Assembly: GCA_044433305.1 (NCBI GenBank)
Contig: JAWXTS010000003.1
Coordinates: 417 to 64,416 of the forward strand
Direction: 5' to 3'
From: Rikenellaceae bacterium
GTDB taxonomy: Bacteria; Bacteroidota; Bacteroidia; Bacteroidales; Rikenellaceae
DNA length: 64,000 nt
Shown here: in pieces, positions 48,357 to 59,786 of the stretch
Layout: each line of letters starts with the position of its first letter
Numbering within the stretch: the first letter of the stretch is position 1
Position numbers and translations under genes: made by a program
Notes under the pieces: model-generated
What the model saw: only the letters and a program-made list of their open reading frames with translations
Database searches by the model: none
What the model was told of the DNA's origin: nothing

Positions 48357-49565
48357 CTATAAGTTTTCTATCTTTCGTGTTATATCACTCACAATCTTGT
48401 CGGCAACACAGCTGATTTTGCAGCGAGAGATTATGTCGTTGACAAAGCCCATAACCAAAAGGCGTCGAGCCATATCCTCGCCTATACCGCGCTGACGCAT
48501 ATAATAAATAGCATCATCATCAGGGCGACCTATGGTAGCTCCATGGTTACACTTAACATCATCGGCATATATCTCAAGCTCGGGCTTGGTGAATATCTTG
48601 GCTCCATTGCCAAGCAAGATATTATTATTTTGCTGCATAGCCTCGGTCTTCTGAGCACCCTTTGCCACATAGATGCGACCGCGGAACACGCCCACACCAC
48701 CTACGGCTATAAGGTCCTTAAAGTGCTCGTCACTAGTGCAGTTAGCAGCATTATGGTTTATGACAGTGTGGTAGTCAAAAAGCTCATTTGGGCCACTAAC
48801 GAAGAGTCCAAACATTCCACAGTGAGCACCCTCGCCATCAAGCGACACATTGCGATTAAAGCGCAAAAGCCCAACAGCAACGCCCATATCAACAGACTTA
48901 TAATTGCTTGACTCCTGCTGCTTGGTATAGCTATTAGAGATTGAGTTGCCACTAGGCATATCGCATATATTGGCTACCTCAAGCGTGGCATCCTTGCCAA
49001 CAAAGGTCTCTGTAATATCAGAGCCAAGAGGTCCCTCGCCCACAGACTTAAGCCTCTTCTCAAAGACAACATTGGCCTTAGCCCCATCCTCTATTATTAT
49101 TAGGTGACGCTCGAAGCTAGCCTGAGACTTCTCTCCCTTATAGTTGCTGATAATGGTAATAGGCTCTACTATCTCTAGCCCACTAGGCACAAAAACAAAG
49201 GCACCATCGCTGGCCATCTCTCTACAAAGATTAGAGTAGTGGTCACCGCTAGCTGCTGCCTGCGTATCTAGGTACTTCTCTACAAGCTCTGGAAATTTAA
49301 TCTTGGCCTTGGCCAAAGAGCCGTACATAACTCCCGAAGGCAGACCCAACAGCAGTCCATCTGTAAGTCCATTATTAATTTTTATGGTAAGGCCACACTG
49401 AGCGCATGGCGAAAGCTCTGGGCTGCAAGGCTCATCGCCATCGAATGGCACACATAGAGCATCAACCCCAGAAAACAACTTTCCCACGGGAGTATTTCGA
49501 TACTGCTCTAAGCGTCCAATAGGCAGAGCACCTAGCATTGCTTTAAAATCTACTGCTGTATTCAT
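48357..49565 (-). CDS. sufD: Fe-S cluster assembly protein SufD
   Basis: 402 aa. SufB/D beta-helix repeat and a C-terminal block (KCNHGATIG ... YYMRQRGI). Lies between sufC and sufS. Confidence 0.88.
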   Translation of the reverse strand: MNTAVDFKAMLGALPIGRLEQYRNTPVGKLFSGVDALCVPFDGDEPCSPELSPCAQCGLTIKINNGLTDGLLLGLPSGVMYGSLAKAKIKFPELVEKYLDTQAAASGDHYSNLCREMASDGAFVFVPSGLEIVEPITIISNYKGEKSQASFERHLIIIEDGAKANVVFEKRLKSVGEGPLGSDITETFVGKDATLEVANICDMPSGNSISNSYTKQQESSNYKSVDMGVAVGLLRFNRNVSLDGEGAHCGMFGLFVSGPNELFDYHTVINHNAANCTSDEHFKDLIAVGGVGVFRGRIYVAKGAQKTEAMQQNNNILLGNGAKIFTKPELEIYADDVKCNHGATIGRPDDDAIYYMRQRGIGEDMARRLLVMGFVNDIISRCKISCVADKIVSDITRKIENL

Positions 49566-50329
49566 TACTTGTCATATTCATTAATGATACGGTCGTAGCC
49601 TTCTTTCTCCAGCTCAAGTGCAAGCTCCTTGCCTGCTGTATGAATAATACGTCCCTTATAAAGAACATGCACAATGTCAGGTACTATATAATCAAGGAGT
49701 CTCTGGTAGTGGGTGATTACCACAGTGGCATTATCTGGTTTTTTAAGTTTTGACACGCCCGTTGCAACAACTCTCAGCGCGTCAATATCTAGTCCACTAT
49801 CTGTTTCGTCCAACACAGCTAGCTTTGGTTCAAGCATGGCCATCTGGAAGATTTCGTTACGTTTTTTCTCGCCACCCGAGAAGCCCTCATTAACAGCTCG
49901 ACCCGTAAGCTTAGTGCCTATCTCTACGATAGAGCTACGCTCGCGCATCATCTTCAGAAAGTCGGCTGAACTGAGTGCTGACTCGTTGTTATATTTACGT
50001 TTCTCGTTTACGGCATAGCGCAGAAAGTTAGCCATGCTAACACCCGGAATCTCCACAGGGTACTGGAACCCTAGGAACAAACCTGCACGCGCTCTATCCT
50101 CAATAGACATATCAAGTAGAGGCTGGCCATCAAACTCGACACTGCCTGAGGTAACTTCAAAACGCTGGTTGCCTGCCAACACAGAGGCCAAAGTACTCTT
50201 ACCCGAACCATTAGGACCCATTATGGCATGTACCTCGCCAGCTTTAACTTCAAGATTAATACCGCGAAGGATTTGTTTACCCTCGACACTGGCACAAAGA
50301 TTATTTACTTTTAACAACATATTTTTCAC
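49565..50329 (-). CDS. sufC: Fe-S cluster assembly ATPase SufC
   Basis: 254 aa. Walker A GPNGSGKST, signature FSGGEKKR, Walker B LAVLDETDSGLD. Confidence 0.95.
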   Translation of the reverse strand: MKNMLLKVNNLCASVEGKQILRGINLEVKAGEVHAIMGPNGSGKSTLASVLAGNQRFEVTSGSVEFDGQPLLDMSIEDRARAGLFLGFQYPVEIPGVSMANFLRYAVNEKRKYNNESALSSADFLKMMRERSSIVEIGTKLTGRAVNEGFSGGEKKRNEIFQMAMLEPKLAVLDETDSGLDIDALRVVATGVSKLKKPDNATVVITHYQRLLDYIVPDIVHVLYKGRIIHTAGKELALELEKEGYDRIINEYDK

Positions 50330-50340
50330 TTTTTAAATTC

Positions 50341-51786
50341 TTAACCAACACTACCCTCAAGGCTTATAGAAAGTAGTTTCTGTGCCTCTACGGCAAACTC
50401 CATAGGCAGCTTGCTAAGCACTTCTTTTGCATAACCATTGACGATAAGACCAACAGCATCCTCGGTAGAGATACCGCGCTGATTGCAATAGAACAACTGC
50501 TGCTCGCCTATCTTAGAGGTTGTCGCCTCGTGCTCTATGATGGCACTGGCATTCTCAGATTCGATAACAGGGAAGGTGTGCGCTCCGCACCTATCACCTA
50601 TAAGCAGCGAGTCACACTGAGAGAAGTTCTTGACATTCTCGGCCTTGCTAGCAACCTTCACCAAGCCACGGTAGCTATTCTGGCTCAGTCCTGCCGAGAT
50701 ACCTTTAGAGACAATGCGGCTGCGTGTATTGCTACCTATATGTATCATCTTGGTTCCCGTATCGGCCTGCTGATAGTTGTTTGTCACAGCAACAGAGTAG
50801 AACTCTGCCGCGCTATTCTCTCCTGCAAGTATGCAACTTGGGTATTTCCATGTTATGGCAGAACCCGTTTCGACCTGCGTCCACGACAACTTGGCGTTGG
50901 CACCCTTACAGATTCCTCTCTTGGTAACAAAGTTGTAGACACCACCGCGTCCCTGCTTGTCTCCCGGATACCAGTTCTGTACGGTAGAGTATTTGACGTC
51001 AGCATCTTTCTCAACTATAATCTCAACAACAGCTGCGTGCAACTGGTTCTCATCGCGCTGAGGAGCCGTACAGCCCTCCATATAGCTAACATAAGCACCT
51101 TCATCGGCAACAATAAGCGTTCTCTCAAACTGTCCTGTACCTGCGGCGTTAATTCTGAAGTAGGTGCTCAGCTCCATAGGGCATCTAACACCCTTAGGGA
51201 TATAGCAGAACGAGCCATCAGAGAAAACGGCAGCATTGAGTGCCGCATAGAAATTGTCCGTATAAGGGACCACACTACCCATGTACTTGCGCACAAGGTC
51301 AGGGTAATCCTGCAAGGCCTCAGAGAACGAGCAGAAGATAATGCCCTTCTCGGCCAGTGTATCGCGGAAAGTGGTTTTCACAGACACCGAGTCCATAACG
51401 GCATCCACAGCCACACCCGACAGTCTCATTTGCTCGTCTAGTGGTATGCCCAGCTTGTCGAATGTCGCGCGCAACTCTGGGTCTACATCGTCCATGCTCT
51501 CTAGCTCTGGACGTTGCTTAGGTGCTGCATAATATATTATATCCTGAAAATCAATCTCAGGAATATCTAGGTGCGCCCAAGTAGGAAGCTCCATAGTTTG
51601 CCAATGTCTAAAGGCCTTAAGGCGGTAGTTGGTCATCCATTCAGGCTCGCCTTTCTTTGCAGAAATAAGCCTTACCACGTCCTCATCTAGTCCTTTAGGT
51701 ATTGTTTCAGTGTCTATATCGGTCACAAAACCGTACTTATATTCACTGCCTGTTATATCTTCTATTATTTTATCTTGTTCAGCCAT
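50341..51786 (-). CDS. sufB: Fe-S cluster assembly scaffold SufB
   Basis: 481 aa, SufB family over its full length ([15 protein letters not shown] blocks). Confidence 0.95.
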   Translation of the reverse strand: MAEQDKIIEDITGSEYKYGFVTDIDTETIPKGLDEDVVRLISAKKGEPEWMTNYRLKAFRHWQTMELPTWAHLDIPEIDFQDIIYYAAPKQRPELESMDDVDPELRATFDKLGIPLDEQMRLSGVAVDAVMDSVSVKTTFRDTLAEKGIIFCSFSEALQDYPDLVRKYMGSVVPYTDNFYAALNAAVFSDGSFCYIPKGVRCPMELSTYFRINAAGTGQFERTLIVADEGAYVSYMEGCTAPQRDENQLHAAVVEIIVEKDADVKYSTVQNWYPGDKQGRGGVYNFVTKRGICKGANAKLSWTQVETGSAITWKYPSCILAGENSAAEFYSVAVTNNYQQADTGTKMIHIGSNTRSRIVSKGISAGLSQNSYRGLVKVASKAENVKNFSQCDSLLIGDRCGAHTFPVIESENASAIIEHEATTSKIGEQQLFYCNQRGISTEDAVGLIVNGYAKEVLSKLPMEFAVEAQKLLSISLEGSVG

Positions 51787-51916
51787 TATAAATACTTTAG
51801 ATTACTTTTAGAGCAACTAGCATGCCCAAACACGGCATACTACACATAAAGCCAAGGCTTAAACAGCTAACAAACAACCATTTACCCATAGCCCTAAAAA
51901 TTATTGCTACTCTCTA

Positions 51917-51924
51917 CAAAGGTA
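51917..51924 (-). promoter_or_regulatory. -7 promoter box (TACCTTTG) for the suf operon
   Basis: TAnnTTTG match on the minus strand, ~131 nt upstream of the sufB ATG (an unusually long leader for this window). Confidence 0.45.
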
Positions 51925-52030
51925 CGAATTTTAGCTCAAACAACAATAAGGCTTTACGTTTTTTTATTATGCTCTAGCCCACACAACTACGCCACAGAGA
52001 GCACCATATAGGATTACCACATATTATCAC

Positions 52031-52038
52031 TACCTTTG
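52031..52038 (+). promoter_or_regulatory. -7 promoter box (TACCTTTG) for the second MATE gene
   Basis: TAnnTTTG match 24 nt upstream of the ATG at 52062. Confidence 0.5.
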
Positions 52039-52061
52039 AGGCTCGAAAGCAACCAAAAAAA

Positions 52062-53384
52062 ATGAACAAACAACTAGACCTTGAACACCACAGCCTGAGC
52101 AAGCTTTTCTTTAGCTTTGCAGCACCAAGCATACTAGGCATGCTCATCGTATCGGCACAGATTATGATAGACGGGCTGTTCCTAAGTGCCAAGGTCGGAG
52201 CACTGGGACTTGCTGCGGTAAACCTATCAATGCCCGTTATAAGCATCATGCTTAGCATAGCTCTTATGATAGTATCGGGCGGAATAGTAATAACGGGAGT
52301 GGCCAAGGGCAGCAAGGATGAAAAGCTGGCCGCAGGATTCACAACCCTCACCATAACCATATACGCCACCGTTCTGGCAAGCCTCTCGGCCATCATACTT
52401 CTGAATCTCGACGCTGTATGTAACGCCCTTGGAGCAACGGGACAGATACACAACTACGTGAAAGCCTACCTTGGATACATGGCTGGCGGAGCAGTCCTCT
52501 ACTGCCTACCCAACCTTACAGAGGCTTTTGCTCGCCTGAACGGAAGACCCAACTTCGTGCTCATAAGCGGCATAATATGTCTAAGCGTAAACGTCTTACT
52601 CGACTACCTTTTTATCTTTAGATTTGACATGGGCATGAGCGGAGCAGCCCTTGCCACCATAGCTGCCAACACCACAGCAGCAATAATTCTATCGCCACTG
52701 GTTAAGTGCGCAAGAATCAGAGGCACCCTACGTGATATAAAAAACATATTCTTCAACGGCAGCTCAGAGATGATAACGGCCGTGTCGTCAGCCTTGGCAA
52801 CCTACCTGTTCAACATAATTTTAATGCGCAAAACAGGTGCCGTAGGTGTAGCTGCCCTGACCATAGTTTTCTACATCAATATGATAGTCAACATGTGTTT
52901 ATTCGGACTAGCCCAATCACTGCAACCCCTTGTGGCCTACAACCTTGGAGCCAAAAGCTACCCCAAGATACGCAAGCTACTTCGCATAGCACTGGCATCT
53001 GGCGGAACAATAGGAATCAGCATTTACCTTGCCGTGCAACTGCTTGACAATTCAATAGTCGAAGCCTTCGCTAATGGCAACACCGAGCTAATAGCCATCG
53101 CTAGTATAGCCGTAACCTACGTCACTATACACTACCTATTTAGCTTTGCAAACATAGTAATGGGCACCTTCCACACCGCCATAGAACGCCCCGTAGAATC
53201 AGCCGTGATAGCCGTATGTAGATCCATCATCTTTGTGGCATTATACCTATATGCCCTACCTCTATTTCTTGGAGAGATAGGGATATGGCTCAGCATACCG
53301 CTTGCCGAAGTATCAACCCTAGTAATAAGCACCCTGCTTACACGAAGGTCCCTATCAAGATTAAAGAGTACGCTAAGTAAATAA
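52062..53384 (+). CDS. MATE-family efflux transporter
   Basis: 440 aa, 12-TM pattern, N-terminal LSKLFFSFAAPSILGML typical of MATE. Confidence 0.85.
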   Translation: MNKQLDLEHHSLSKLFFSFAAPSILGMLIVSAQIMIDGLFLSAKVGALGLAAVNLSMPVISIMLSIALMIVSGGIVITGVAKGSKDEKLAAGFTTLTITIYATVLASLSAIILLNLDAVCNALGATGQIHNYVKAYLGYMAGGAVLYCLPNLTEAFARLNGRPNFVLISGIICLSVNVLLDYLFIFRFDMGMSGAALATIAANTTAAIILSPLVKCARIRGTLRDIKNIFFNGSSEMITAVSSALATYLFNIILMRKTGAVGVAALTIVFYINMIVNMCLFGLAQSLQPLVAYNLGAKSYPKIRKLLRIALASGGTIGISIYLAVQLLDNSIVEAFANGNTELIAIASIAVTYVTIHYLFSFANIVMGTFHTAIERPVESAVIAVCRSIIFVALYLYALPLFLGEIGIWLSIPLAEVSTLVISTLLTRRSLSRLKSTLSK

Positions 53385-53420
53385 CTTTCCTCAGAACTTT
53401 CCCCCTCAGAAATAAAGCAC

Positions 53421-53462
53421 AAAAAAATAAGCCGCCAACGATTAGTTGGCGGCTTATTTTTT
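53421..53462. terminator. Bidirectional rho-independent terminator (MATE / TPR convergent pair)
   Basis: 13-bp perfect GC-rich stem: ATAAGCCGCCAAC (53427-53439), 5-nt loop, GTTGGCGGCTTAT (53445-53457). Flanked by A7 on the left and T6 on the right. Confidence 0.85.
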
Positions 53463-53507
53463 GTCGCAAGGAAGCAGAACCTCCTCACACTTATGCTATA
53501 CTACAAC

Positions 53508-54809
53508 CTATTGAATCTCTTGTAGCATTTGGTTGTATTTATCGTATTTTTCCTGCATACCCTCCTCGTTACGTAGACGGAAAGATACGTTTTTCAAAGC
53601 CTCAAGGGTTTCTACACTCTCTGGACGGATAGCGATAGCTTTCTCTAGAGGAATGATAGAATTTTTGAAGTATACGATTTGTTGTGAGTTAGCATTGTCA
53701 TAATCCTCTTGGCTTGCGTTAGGAAGCTCGCGGATAATATCATACATAGAGTTACCTTTACGGATATACAACATACCTAGGTTGAACTGAGTTGAGAACT
53801 CACCTGGAGCAAGCTCAGCAGCTTTCTCAAAAGCAGCTAGACATTTGTCATTATCACCCAATTTGTCATAGATTCTACCCAAACCATCATAGTATACATA
53901 GTTGTCTGGATCGCCAGCAATAGCTTTCTCTACATAAGGGATAACCTCTGAAGGGTCCTCGCCAGTAGTTGCATAAAGGCTCATAAGACCCTCTACGATA
54001 TCATTGTTAGCAGGATATTTCTCTATACCCTCAATCAAGACAGCTTTAGCCTCAGGGAATCTCTCAAGACCGATAAGGCAAACACCTCTAAAGAAATGTG
54101 ACTGACCGTCTGCATCATAACCATATTTTGCAGCTTTCTCAAGAGCGTCATAACCATCCTGGAACTCGTTAGTTGCAGTAAATAGGTAACCAGCATTGTA
54201 AACCGAAGCTGTGTCAATAACGTTCAAAGCTGGCAAGATGCTAATCTCAAAGCTTTTCTCAAACTCAACCGCTGCATCTTTATACTTTCTTGCTTGGAAG
54301 TAGTTGTTTGCAGAAGCTTTGTAGAAATCACTAACAGCAGTAAGTTTAGCACTAACCTTAGCAGCTGCACTTGCCTCTTTGTCATAAGCTGTGCTATAAG
54401 ACTCAATAGCCTTATCCATAGCATCCTCTACAACAACGTAGTCTGATTCCCAAAATACTAGAGCACCATCTTTGAAATAAGCATCGAAGTATGGGAAAGC
54501 ATACTTTTGAAATGGTTGACCCTCAACATCTACCGTCTCAGCTGAAACGTTTGAGCCAAACATAACAGCAGCACTGGTTGCATCCATACCTACGTATAGG
54601 CCGTCAGTTGCAGCTGTTGCCGCTTTAAAATAGTTATCACCATGTGTCAACCAAGTTGCTGCTTTAACAGATTTTTTCTCATTAGCAACATCAGCTCCTG
54701 ACTTAGCAATTCCTTTTTGTATACCCTCTTTATCAACTTTGAACTGAGCTGATGCGGTATAACTCATAGTAGCCATAGCTACTAATGCTACAAAAAATAA
54801 ACGCTTCAT
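53508..54809 (-). CDS. Secreted tetratricopeptide-repeat protein
   Basis: Start placed at the internal Met (MKRLFFVALVAMATMSYTASAQ signal peptide), which removes the overlap with the gyrA stop. Several TPR-like helical pairs in the C-terminal half. Confidence 0.7.
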   Translation of the reverse strand: MKRLFFVALVAMATMSYTASAQFKVDKEGIQKGIAKSGADVANEKKSVKAATWLTHGDNYFKAATAATDGLYVGMDATSAAVMFGSNVSAETVDVEGQPFQKYAFPYFDAYFKDGALVFWESDYVVVEDAMDKAIESYSTAYDKEASAAAKVSAKLTAVSDFYKASANNYFQARKYKDAAVEFEKSFEISILPALNVIDTASVYNAGYLFTATNEFQDGYDALEKAAKYGYDADGQSHFFRGVCLIGLERFPEAKAVLIEGIEKYPANNDIVEGLMSLYATTGEDPSEVIPYVEKAIAGDPDNYVYYDGLGRIYDKLGDNDKCLAAFEKAAELAPGEFSTQFNLGMLYIRKGNSMYDIIRELPNASQEDYDNANSQQIVYFKNSIIPLEKAIAIRPESVETLEALKNVSFRLRNEEGMQEKYDKYNQMLQEIQ

Positions 54810-54855
54810 AATAGTCTTTTTTTTTAATGTAAGTTGTTTGTTATTATTATTTATG

Positions 54856-57468
54856 TTATTCCTCAACAATTTCTATTTCATCGTCGTTGTCTTCTTGCCC
54901 TTCAACAGCATCCTGTTCTGCCGCAGCAACAAGTCTATCTATACCCTCGTCAACGACAACCTCAGCATCAACAGCTTCCGTAGATTCAGTTTGAACAACT
55001 ACGGCCTCTGTCTCTTCTTCTTCACTGTGAGGCACCGCCATCACGGATGCAATATAGTCATTATTTCGTAAATTGATGATACGAACACCCTGAGTTGCAC
55101 GTCCAGCAATGCGGATTTGCTCAACAGCGATACGGATAGTAAGACCCGAACGGTTTATAATCATCAAATCATGCTCGTCTGTAACGTCCTTGATAGCTAT
55201 CAAGTCACCTGTTTTCTCGGTAATCTGAATAGTCTTGACACCCTTACCACCACGGTTTGTTGTGCGGTAGTCATCAAGGTCGGTACGCTTGCCATAGCCA
55301 TTCTCTGAAAGAACCAATATATCGTGCTTAGAATCTGGCTCTATACATATCATGCCGATAACCTCGTTGCCCTCCTCAATAGAGATGCCTCGAACACCAG
55401 CTCCTGTACGGCCGATAGCGCGCACATTGCTCTCGTTGAAGCGGATAGCCTTGCCCTTGCGAGCTGCGATAACAACATCGCTGTTACCACTAGTAAGGCG
55501 TGCTTCGATAAGTTGGTCTCCCTCGCGAATAGTAATGGCGTTAACACCATTCTGGCGTGGACGAGAATATGCCTCAAGGCTGGTCTTCTTAACAACACCA
55601 TCCTTAGTACACATTATAATATAGTTGTTATTTACATATTCTGGGTCGTTCAAGCGTTTGACATTGATATATGCTTTGACGCTATCGTTTGGCTCTATGC
55701 GTATAACATTCTGTATTGCGCGGCCCTTAGATGTACGCGAACCCTCAGGAATCTCATAAACCTTAAGCCAGTGGCAGCGACCCTTCTCGGTAAAGAACAA
55801 CATCGTATTGTGCATAGATGCAACATAGATGTGCTCGATAAAGTCCTCGCCACGTGTTGCGCTACCCTTAGAACCTACGCCACCACGGTTTTGTGTACGG
55901 TACTCGGTAAGTGGAGTGCGCTTGATATAGCCCATGTGTGAGATAGTGATAACAACCTCCTCGTCAGCATAGAAGTCCTCAGGATTAAACTCCTCAGCAC
56001 TAAGCACTATCTCTGAGCGACGCTCGTCACCATATTTCTCTTTTATCTCTATAAGCTCGTCCTTAACGATACCCATCTGCAAAGCAACGTCTGCAAGTAC
56101 GCTCTCAAGGTAAGCTATGTGATTACAAATATCTTCGTATTCTTTTTGTAGCTTATTTCTCTCTAGGCCAGTAAGTGCACGTAGGCGCATGTCTATGATG
56201 GCCGTTGCCTGAACCTCTGACAAATCAAAGCGAGCTATCAAAGCCACCTTAGCATCATCTGGACTCTGGGCCGAGCGGATAATGCTCACAACCTCGTCAA
56301 TATTGTCAACAGCAATCAACATACCCTCCAAAAGGTGGGCACGCTTCTGAGCCTGAGCCAAGTCAAACTTAGTGCGGCGAACAATCACCGTGTGACGGTG
56401 CTCCACAAAGTAGTGAATCATTTCTTTTAGATTCAACGTGCGTGGACGTCCATCAACAAGGGCGATATTATTCACTGGGAAGGTCGATTGTAGCGGAGTG
56501 TATTTATACAACATATTAAGCACCACGCTAGCCACGGCATCACTTTTAAGGATGATGATAACACGTGTTCCTGTACGGTCACTCTCATCATTAATATATG
56601 ATATACCCTCTATCTTTTTCTCGTTTATAAGGTCTGCGATTTTCTTCACCGTGTCGGCCTTGTTCACCATATAAGGGAACTCTGTAACCACGATACACTC
56701 GCGACCAGTTGCGGTGTGCTCTATCTCTGTGCGTGCGCGCATAACAACACGTCCACGACCTGTCTCATAAGCATCCTTGATTCCCTCGTAACCATAGATT
56801 ATGGCTCCCGTAGGGAAGTCTGGAGCTTTAACATAGTTCAAAAGCTCGCTTATTTCAATCTCTGTGTTATCTATATATGCACAACATGCATCTATAACCT
56901 CGGTAAGGTTGTGAGGAGGCATATTGGTTGCCATACCAACGGCAATACCAGAGGCTCCATTAACCAACAACAACGGAACACGCGTAGGAAGCACCGTAGG
57001 CTCCTGCATTGTTTCATCAAAGTTAGGCGCGAAGTTAACCGTATCTTTGTCTATATCGGCCATAACCTCGTCGGCTATCTTTCTCATTCTGGCCTCGGTA
57101 TAACGCATAGCCGCAGGGCTATCGCCATCCACCGAACCAAAGTTACCTTGTCCGTCTACAAGCTGGTAGCGCATGCTCCAGTCCTGAGCCAAACGCACCA
57201 TAGCCTCATATACTGACGAGTCGCCATGAGGGTGAAACTTACCCAACACGTCACCCACAATTCTGGCTGACTTACGGTGAGGCTTATCTGAATAGAGGTT
57301 CAGTTCATTGCTCATATCGTATAAGATACGACGATGTACGGGCTTAAGTCCGTCTCTAACATCAGGCAATGCACGTGACACAATAACCGACATCGAATAG
57401 TCGATGTAAGCGGTCTTCATTTCCTCCTCGATATTAATCTTGATAATTCTATCTACTGATTCTGACAT
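54856..57468 (-). CDS. gyrA: DNA gyrase subunit A
   Basis: 870 aa. [10 protein letters not shown] active-site Tyr, [17 protein letters not shown]-terminal beta-pinwheel and acidic tail. Confidence 0.97.
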   Translation of the reverse strand: MSESVDRIIKINIEEEMKTAYIDYSMSVIVSRALPDVRDGLKPVHRRILYDMSNELNLYSDKPHRKSARIVGDVLGKFHPHGDSSVYEAMVRLAQDWSMRYQLVDGQGNFGSVDGDSPAAMRYTEARMRKIADEVMADIDKDTVNFAPNFDETMQEPTVLPTRVPLLLVNGASGIAVGMATNMPPHNLTEVIDACCAYIDNTEIEISELLNYVKAPDFPTGAIIYGYEGIKDAYETGRGRVVMRARTEIEHTATGRECIVVTEFPYMVNKADTVKKIADLINEKKIEGISYINDESDRTGTRVIIILKSDAVASVVLNMLYKYTPLQSTFPVNNIALVDGRPRTLNLKEMIHYFVEHRHTVIVRRTKFDLAQAQKRAHLLEGMLIAVDNIDEVVSIIRSAQSPDDAKVALIARFDLSEVQATAIIDMRLRALTGLERNKLQKEYEDICNHIAYLESVLADVALQMGIVKDELIEIKEKYGDERRSEIVLSAEEFNPEDFYADEEVVITISHMGYIKRTPLTEYRTQNRGGVGSKGSATRGEDFIEHIYVASMHNTMLFFTEKGRCHWLKVYEIPEGSRTSKGRAIQNVIRIEPNDSVKAYINVKRLNDPEYVNNNYIIMCTKDGVVKKTSLEAYSRPRQNGVNAITIREGDQLIEARLTSGNSDVVIAARKGKAIRFNESNVRAIGRTGAGVRGISIEEGNEVIGMICIEPDSKHDILVLSENGYGKRTDLDDYRTTNRGGKGVKTIQITEKTGDLIAIKDVTDEHDLMIINRSGLTIRIAVEQIRIAGRATQGVRIINLRNNDYIASVMAVPHSEEEETEAVVVQTESTEAVDAEVVVDEGIDRLVAAAEQDAVEGQEDNDDEIEIVEE

Positions 57469-57580
57469 AAAAATTTCTAGTTCTATAATTGTGCTAAATT
57501 AATGCTTTTTTGCTAGACTACAAAATTTTTGGCAACAAAAAACCAAACAAAATAACACCCTAAAAAATAGAATGTTAAAC

Positions 57581-57628
57581 AAAAAAATAAGGGTCTGATT
57601 AACAAGACAAAACCTGTTAGTCAGACCC
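57581..57628 (-). terminator. Hairpin terminator downstream of tRNA-Arg
   Basis: GGGTCTGA (57591-57598) pairs with TCAGACCC (57621-57628), with further pairing inside. On the minus strand it is followed by TTATTTTTTT. Confidence 0.65.
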
Positions 57629-57650
57629 CTTTTATATTTTGTTGGCGTAG

Positions 57651-57722
57651 TAGTCTCATCGGGACTCGAACCCGAATCTGAAGTTTAGGAAACTTCCATT
57701 CTATCCCTTGAACTATGAAACC
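57651..57722 (-). tRNA. tRNA-Arg (anticodon CCT)
   Basis: Hand-folded 72-nt cloverleaf: acceptor GGTTTCA/TGAGACT (2 G-U pairs), D arm GTTC-AAGGGATA-GAAT, anticodon stem GAAGT/ACTTC with loop TTCCTAA, T arm TCGGG-TTCGAGT-CCCGA, discriminator A. CCA is not encoded. Confidence 0.85.
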
Positions 57723-57800
57723 ATTACCCTCATGTTTTATATTCAAGCCCGGGAAAGCAAAGCACCCAAAGACAGTTACACCTTAATCGAATCAGATAAA

Positions 57801-58811
57801 CTACTTAGCGTATTTACTTCCGTCATAAGCCCACTTGATGTACATGGCACCCCAAGTGAATCCACCACCAAAGGTAGCTAACACAAGATTGTCGCCCTCG
57901 CGCAACTCAGACTCATAATCCCACAAGCACAATGGCAATGTACCTGCTGTTGTGTTGCCATATTTCTGTATGTTAATCATACATTTCTCAGCCTCAATAC
58001 CCATTCTGCGAGCCGTAGCATCAATGATGCGTAGGTTTGCTTGATGAGGAACCAAGTAACGTATATCAGCAGAAGTTAGATTGTTGCGCTCCATAACCTC
58101 AACAGCTACATCAGCCATGTGAGATACGGCAGCCTTGAAAACAACCTGTCCCTCTTGGTGTACATAGTGCATACGTTTCTCTACCGTCTCATAAGAAGGT
58201 GGGTTCAACGAACCACCTGCTTCCATGTATAGGTGAGTAGAACCAGAACCGTCAGAGTGCAATACTTCGTCAATGATACCTGTACCATCTTCTGCTGGCT
58301 CTAGCAACACTGCGCCAGCACCATCGCCAAAGATAGGACATGTAGAACGGTCTGTATAGTCTATAATGGTTGACATTTTGTCACCACCAACAACAATAAC
58401 TTTTTTGTGTGTACCTGACTCAATAAACTTAGATGCCGATGTAAGTGCAAACAAGAAACCGCTACATGCAGCAGACATATCATAAGCATAAGCGTTGGTC
58501 ATACCTGCTTTATAAGCGATAAGATTTGCTGTCGAAGGGAACAACATATCCGGAGTAACAGTAGCACAAATAACTAGATCTACATCTAGAGGGTCAACAC
58601 CTGTTTTCTCAAGAAGGTTTTTAACCGCTTGGGCACCCATGTATGAGGTTGCCTTATCTTTATCCTTAAGGATGTGACGTGTATTGATACCAATACGAGT
58701 TTTAATCCACTCGTCTGTGGTGTCAACCATGCGGCTTAGCTCCTCGTTATCTAGTATATAGTCTGGAAGATAGCCACCCACACCTGTGATTGCTGCTTTA
58801 ATCTTAGTCAT
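57801..58811 (-). CDS. fabH: 3-oxoacyl-ACP synthase III
   Basis: Start placed at the internal Met ([16 protein letters not shown]), giving an ATGACTAA overlap with the plsX stop. Catalytic Cys (SAACSGF) and the HQAN and GNTTAG blocks. Confidence 0.93.
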   Translation of the reverse strand: MTKIKAAITGVGGYLPDYILDNEELSRMVDTTDEWIKTRIGINTRHILKDKDKATSYMGAQAVKNLLEKTGVDPLDVDLVICATVTPDMLFPSTANLIAYKAGMTNAYAYDMSAACSGFLFALTSASKFIESGTHKKVIVVGGDKMSTIIDYTDRSTCPIFGDGAGAVLLEPAEDGTGIIDEVLHSDGSGSTHLYMEAGGSLNPPSYETVEKRMHYVHQEGQVVFKAAVSHMADVAVEVMERNNLTSADIRYLVPHQANLRIIDATARRMGIEAEKCMINIQKYGNTTAGTLPLCLWDYESELREGDNLVLATFGGGFTWGAMYIKWAYDGSKYAK

Positions 58812-59763
58812 TGCCAAATGCTTCTCTAAGTTTTGAAACAAAACGGCTGTGAACAGTACGCTCTGTTTGTAAAATCATATTTTTAATTGCTCTTGCAGTC
58901 GAGCAACCGTGACCTATGACTACGGCAGCATTCACACCAAGCACTGGCGTGCCACCGATAGACTCATAGTTCATACGGTCTATAAATTCGCTCTCAATAC
59001 CCATCGAGCGTGTCATCTCATAGAAACCCTCGTATTGTTTAAGAAGGGTATTTCCTATGAAGCCGTCACAAACGATTACGTCTGCAATTTTACCTGTGCA
59101 AAGATATTTAGCTTCGACATTACCTACGAAGTTAAATTCTTCTGCTTGGTCCATCAACTCGTAAGTAGCCTTGGTAACAAGGTTTCCCTTTTCGCGCTCT
59201 TCGCCGATATTCAGCAATGCAACTCTAGGGTTATCGATTTTGAGGACGCTTTTTGCGTAGATGCTACCTATCAATCCATATTGACAAAGAACATCTGGTT
59301 TTGAATCGATGTTAAGTCCTACATCAAGCAGCAGAGATGATCCGCCTTGGCTCAAGGTAGGTACAATAGTAGATATTGCCGGTCTGATAATACCTTGCAT
59401 AAGTTTGATAGCGTGCATACAACCAACCATCATACCCCCAGTGCTACCTGCACTTGCAAAGCCATCTATCAAACCACCCTTAAGGTATTTGAAACCAACG
59501 GCCATGCTAGAATCAGGTTTCCCGATAAAGGCATGAACAGATTTATCACCCATTTCTATCACCTGTGTAGTATGGACTATATCAACAACCTCTAGTGAGA
59601 CATTCTCGCGCGAGAATATAGCCTCAATCTGAGGTTTGTCTCCAAACAAGACCAAACGGCTTGTCTCTCCAATTTCTTGGATAGCTTGAATAGCTCCCAT
59701 TACGGCTGCTTCAGGGGCGTAATCGCCACCCATCACATCTACACCTATCTTAAATTCAGTCAT
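58804..59763 (-). CDS. plsX: Phosphate acyltransferase PlsX
   Basis: 319 aa with [19 protein letters not shown] and VIGHG blocks. Confidence 0.93.
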   Translation of the reverse strand: MTEFKIGVDVMGGDYAPEAAVMGAIQAIQEIGETSRLVLFGDKPQIEAIFSRENVSLEVVDIVHTTQVIEMGDKSVHAFIGKPDSSMAVGFKYLKGGLIDGFASAGSTGGMMVGCMHAIKLMQGIIRPAISTIVPTLSQGGSSLLLDVGLNIDSKPDVLCQYGLIGSIYAKSVLKIDNPRVALLNIGEEREKGNLVTKATYELMDQAEEFNFVGNVEAKYLCTGKIADVIVCDGFIGNTLLKQYEGFYEMTRSMGIESEFIDRMNYESIGGTPVLGVNAAVVIGHGCSTARAIKNMILQTERTVHSRFVSKLREAFGND

Positions 59764-59786
59764 ACGACTCGGCTAAAAAAGTTAAA

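Noticed and set aside
50530-51441. 303-aa ORF antisense to sufB
   Set aside because: SufB is conserved over its full length on the other strand. The antisense product has no recognisable motifs and no promoter box, so it is a shadow ORF.
51974-52453. 159-aa minus-strand ORF
   Set aside because: It is antisense to the start of the second MATE gene and crosses that gene's promoter box. It has no recognisable features.
54810-54869. 20-codon N-terminal extension of the TPR ORF ([12 protein letters not shown]...)
   Set aside because: It would overlap the gyrA stop. The internal Met gives a textbook signal peptide, so the longer start is rejected.
55324-55941. 205-aa ORF (plus several 60-170-aa ORFs) antisense to gyrA
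   Set aside because: The same reasoning applies. gyrA occupies the locus, and the antisense frames simply stay open because of its codon bias.
57205-57219. gyrA QRDR checked for fluoroquinolone-resistance substitutions
   Set aside because: The sequence reads GDSSVYE. The Ser equivalent to E. coli S83 is unchanged, and position 87 is acidic (Glu rather than Asp). I see no evidence of a resistance mutation.
57651-57722. tRNA-Arg as an integration hotspot for a genomic island
   Set aside because: Both flanks are core genes (fabH and gyrA) within 80-180 nt. I found no integrase and no direct repeat of the tRNA 3' end.
58812-58841. 10-codon N-terminal extension of fabH
   Set aside because: The internal Met ([16 protein letters not shown]) matches the usual FabH N-terminus and gives the common ATGA-type overlap with plsX.
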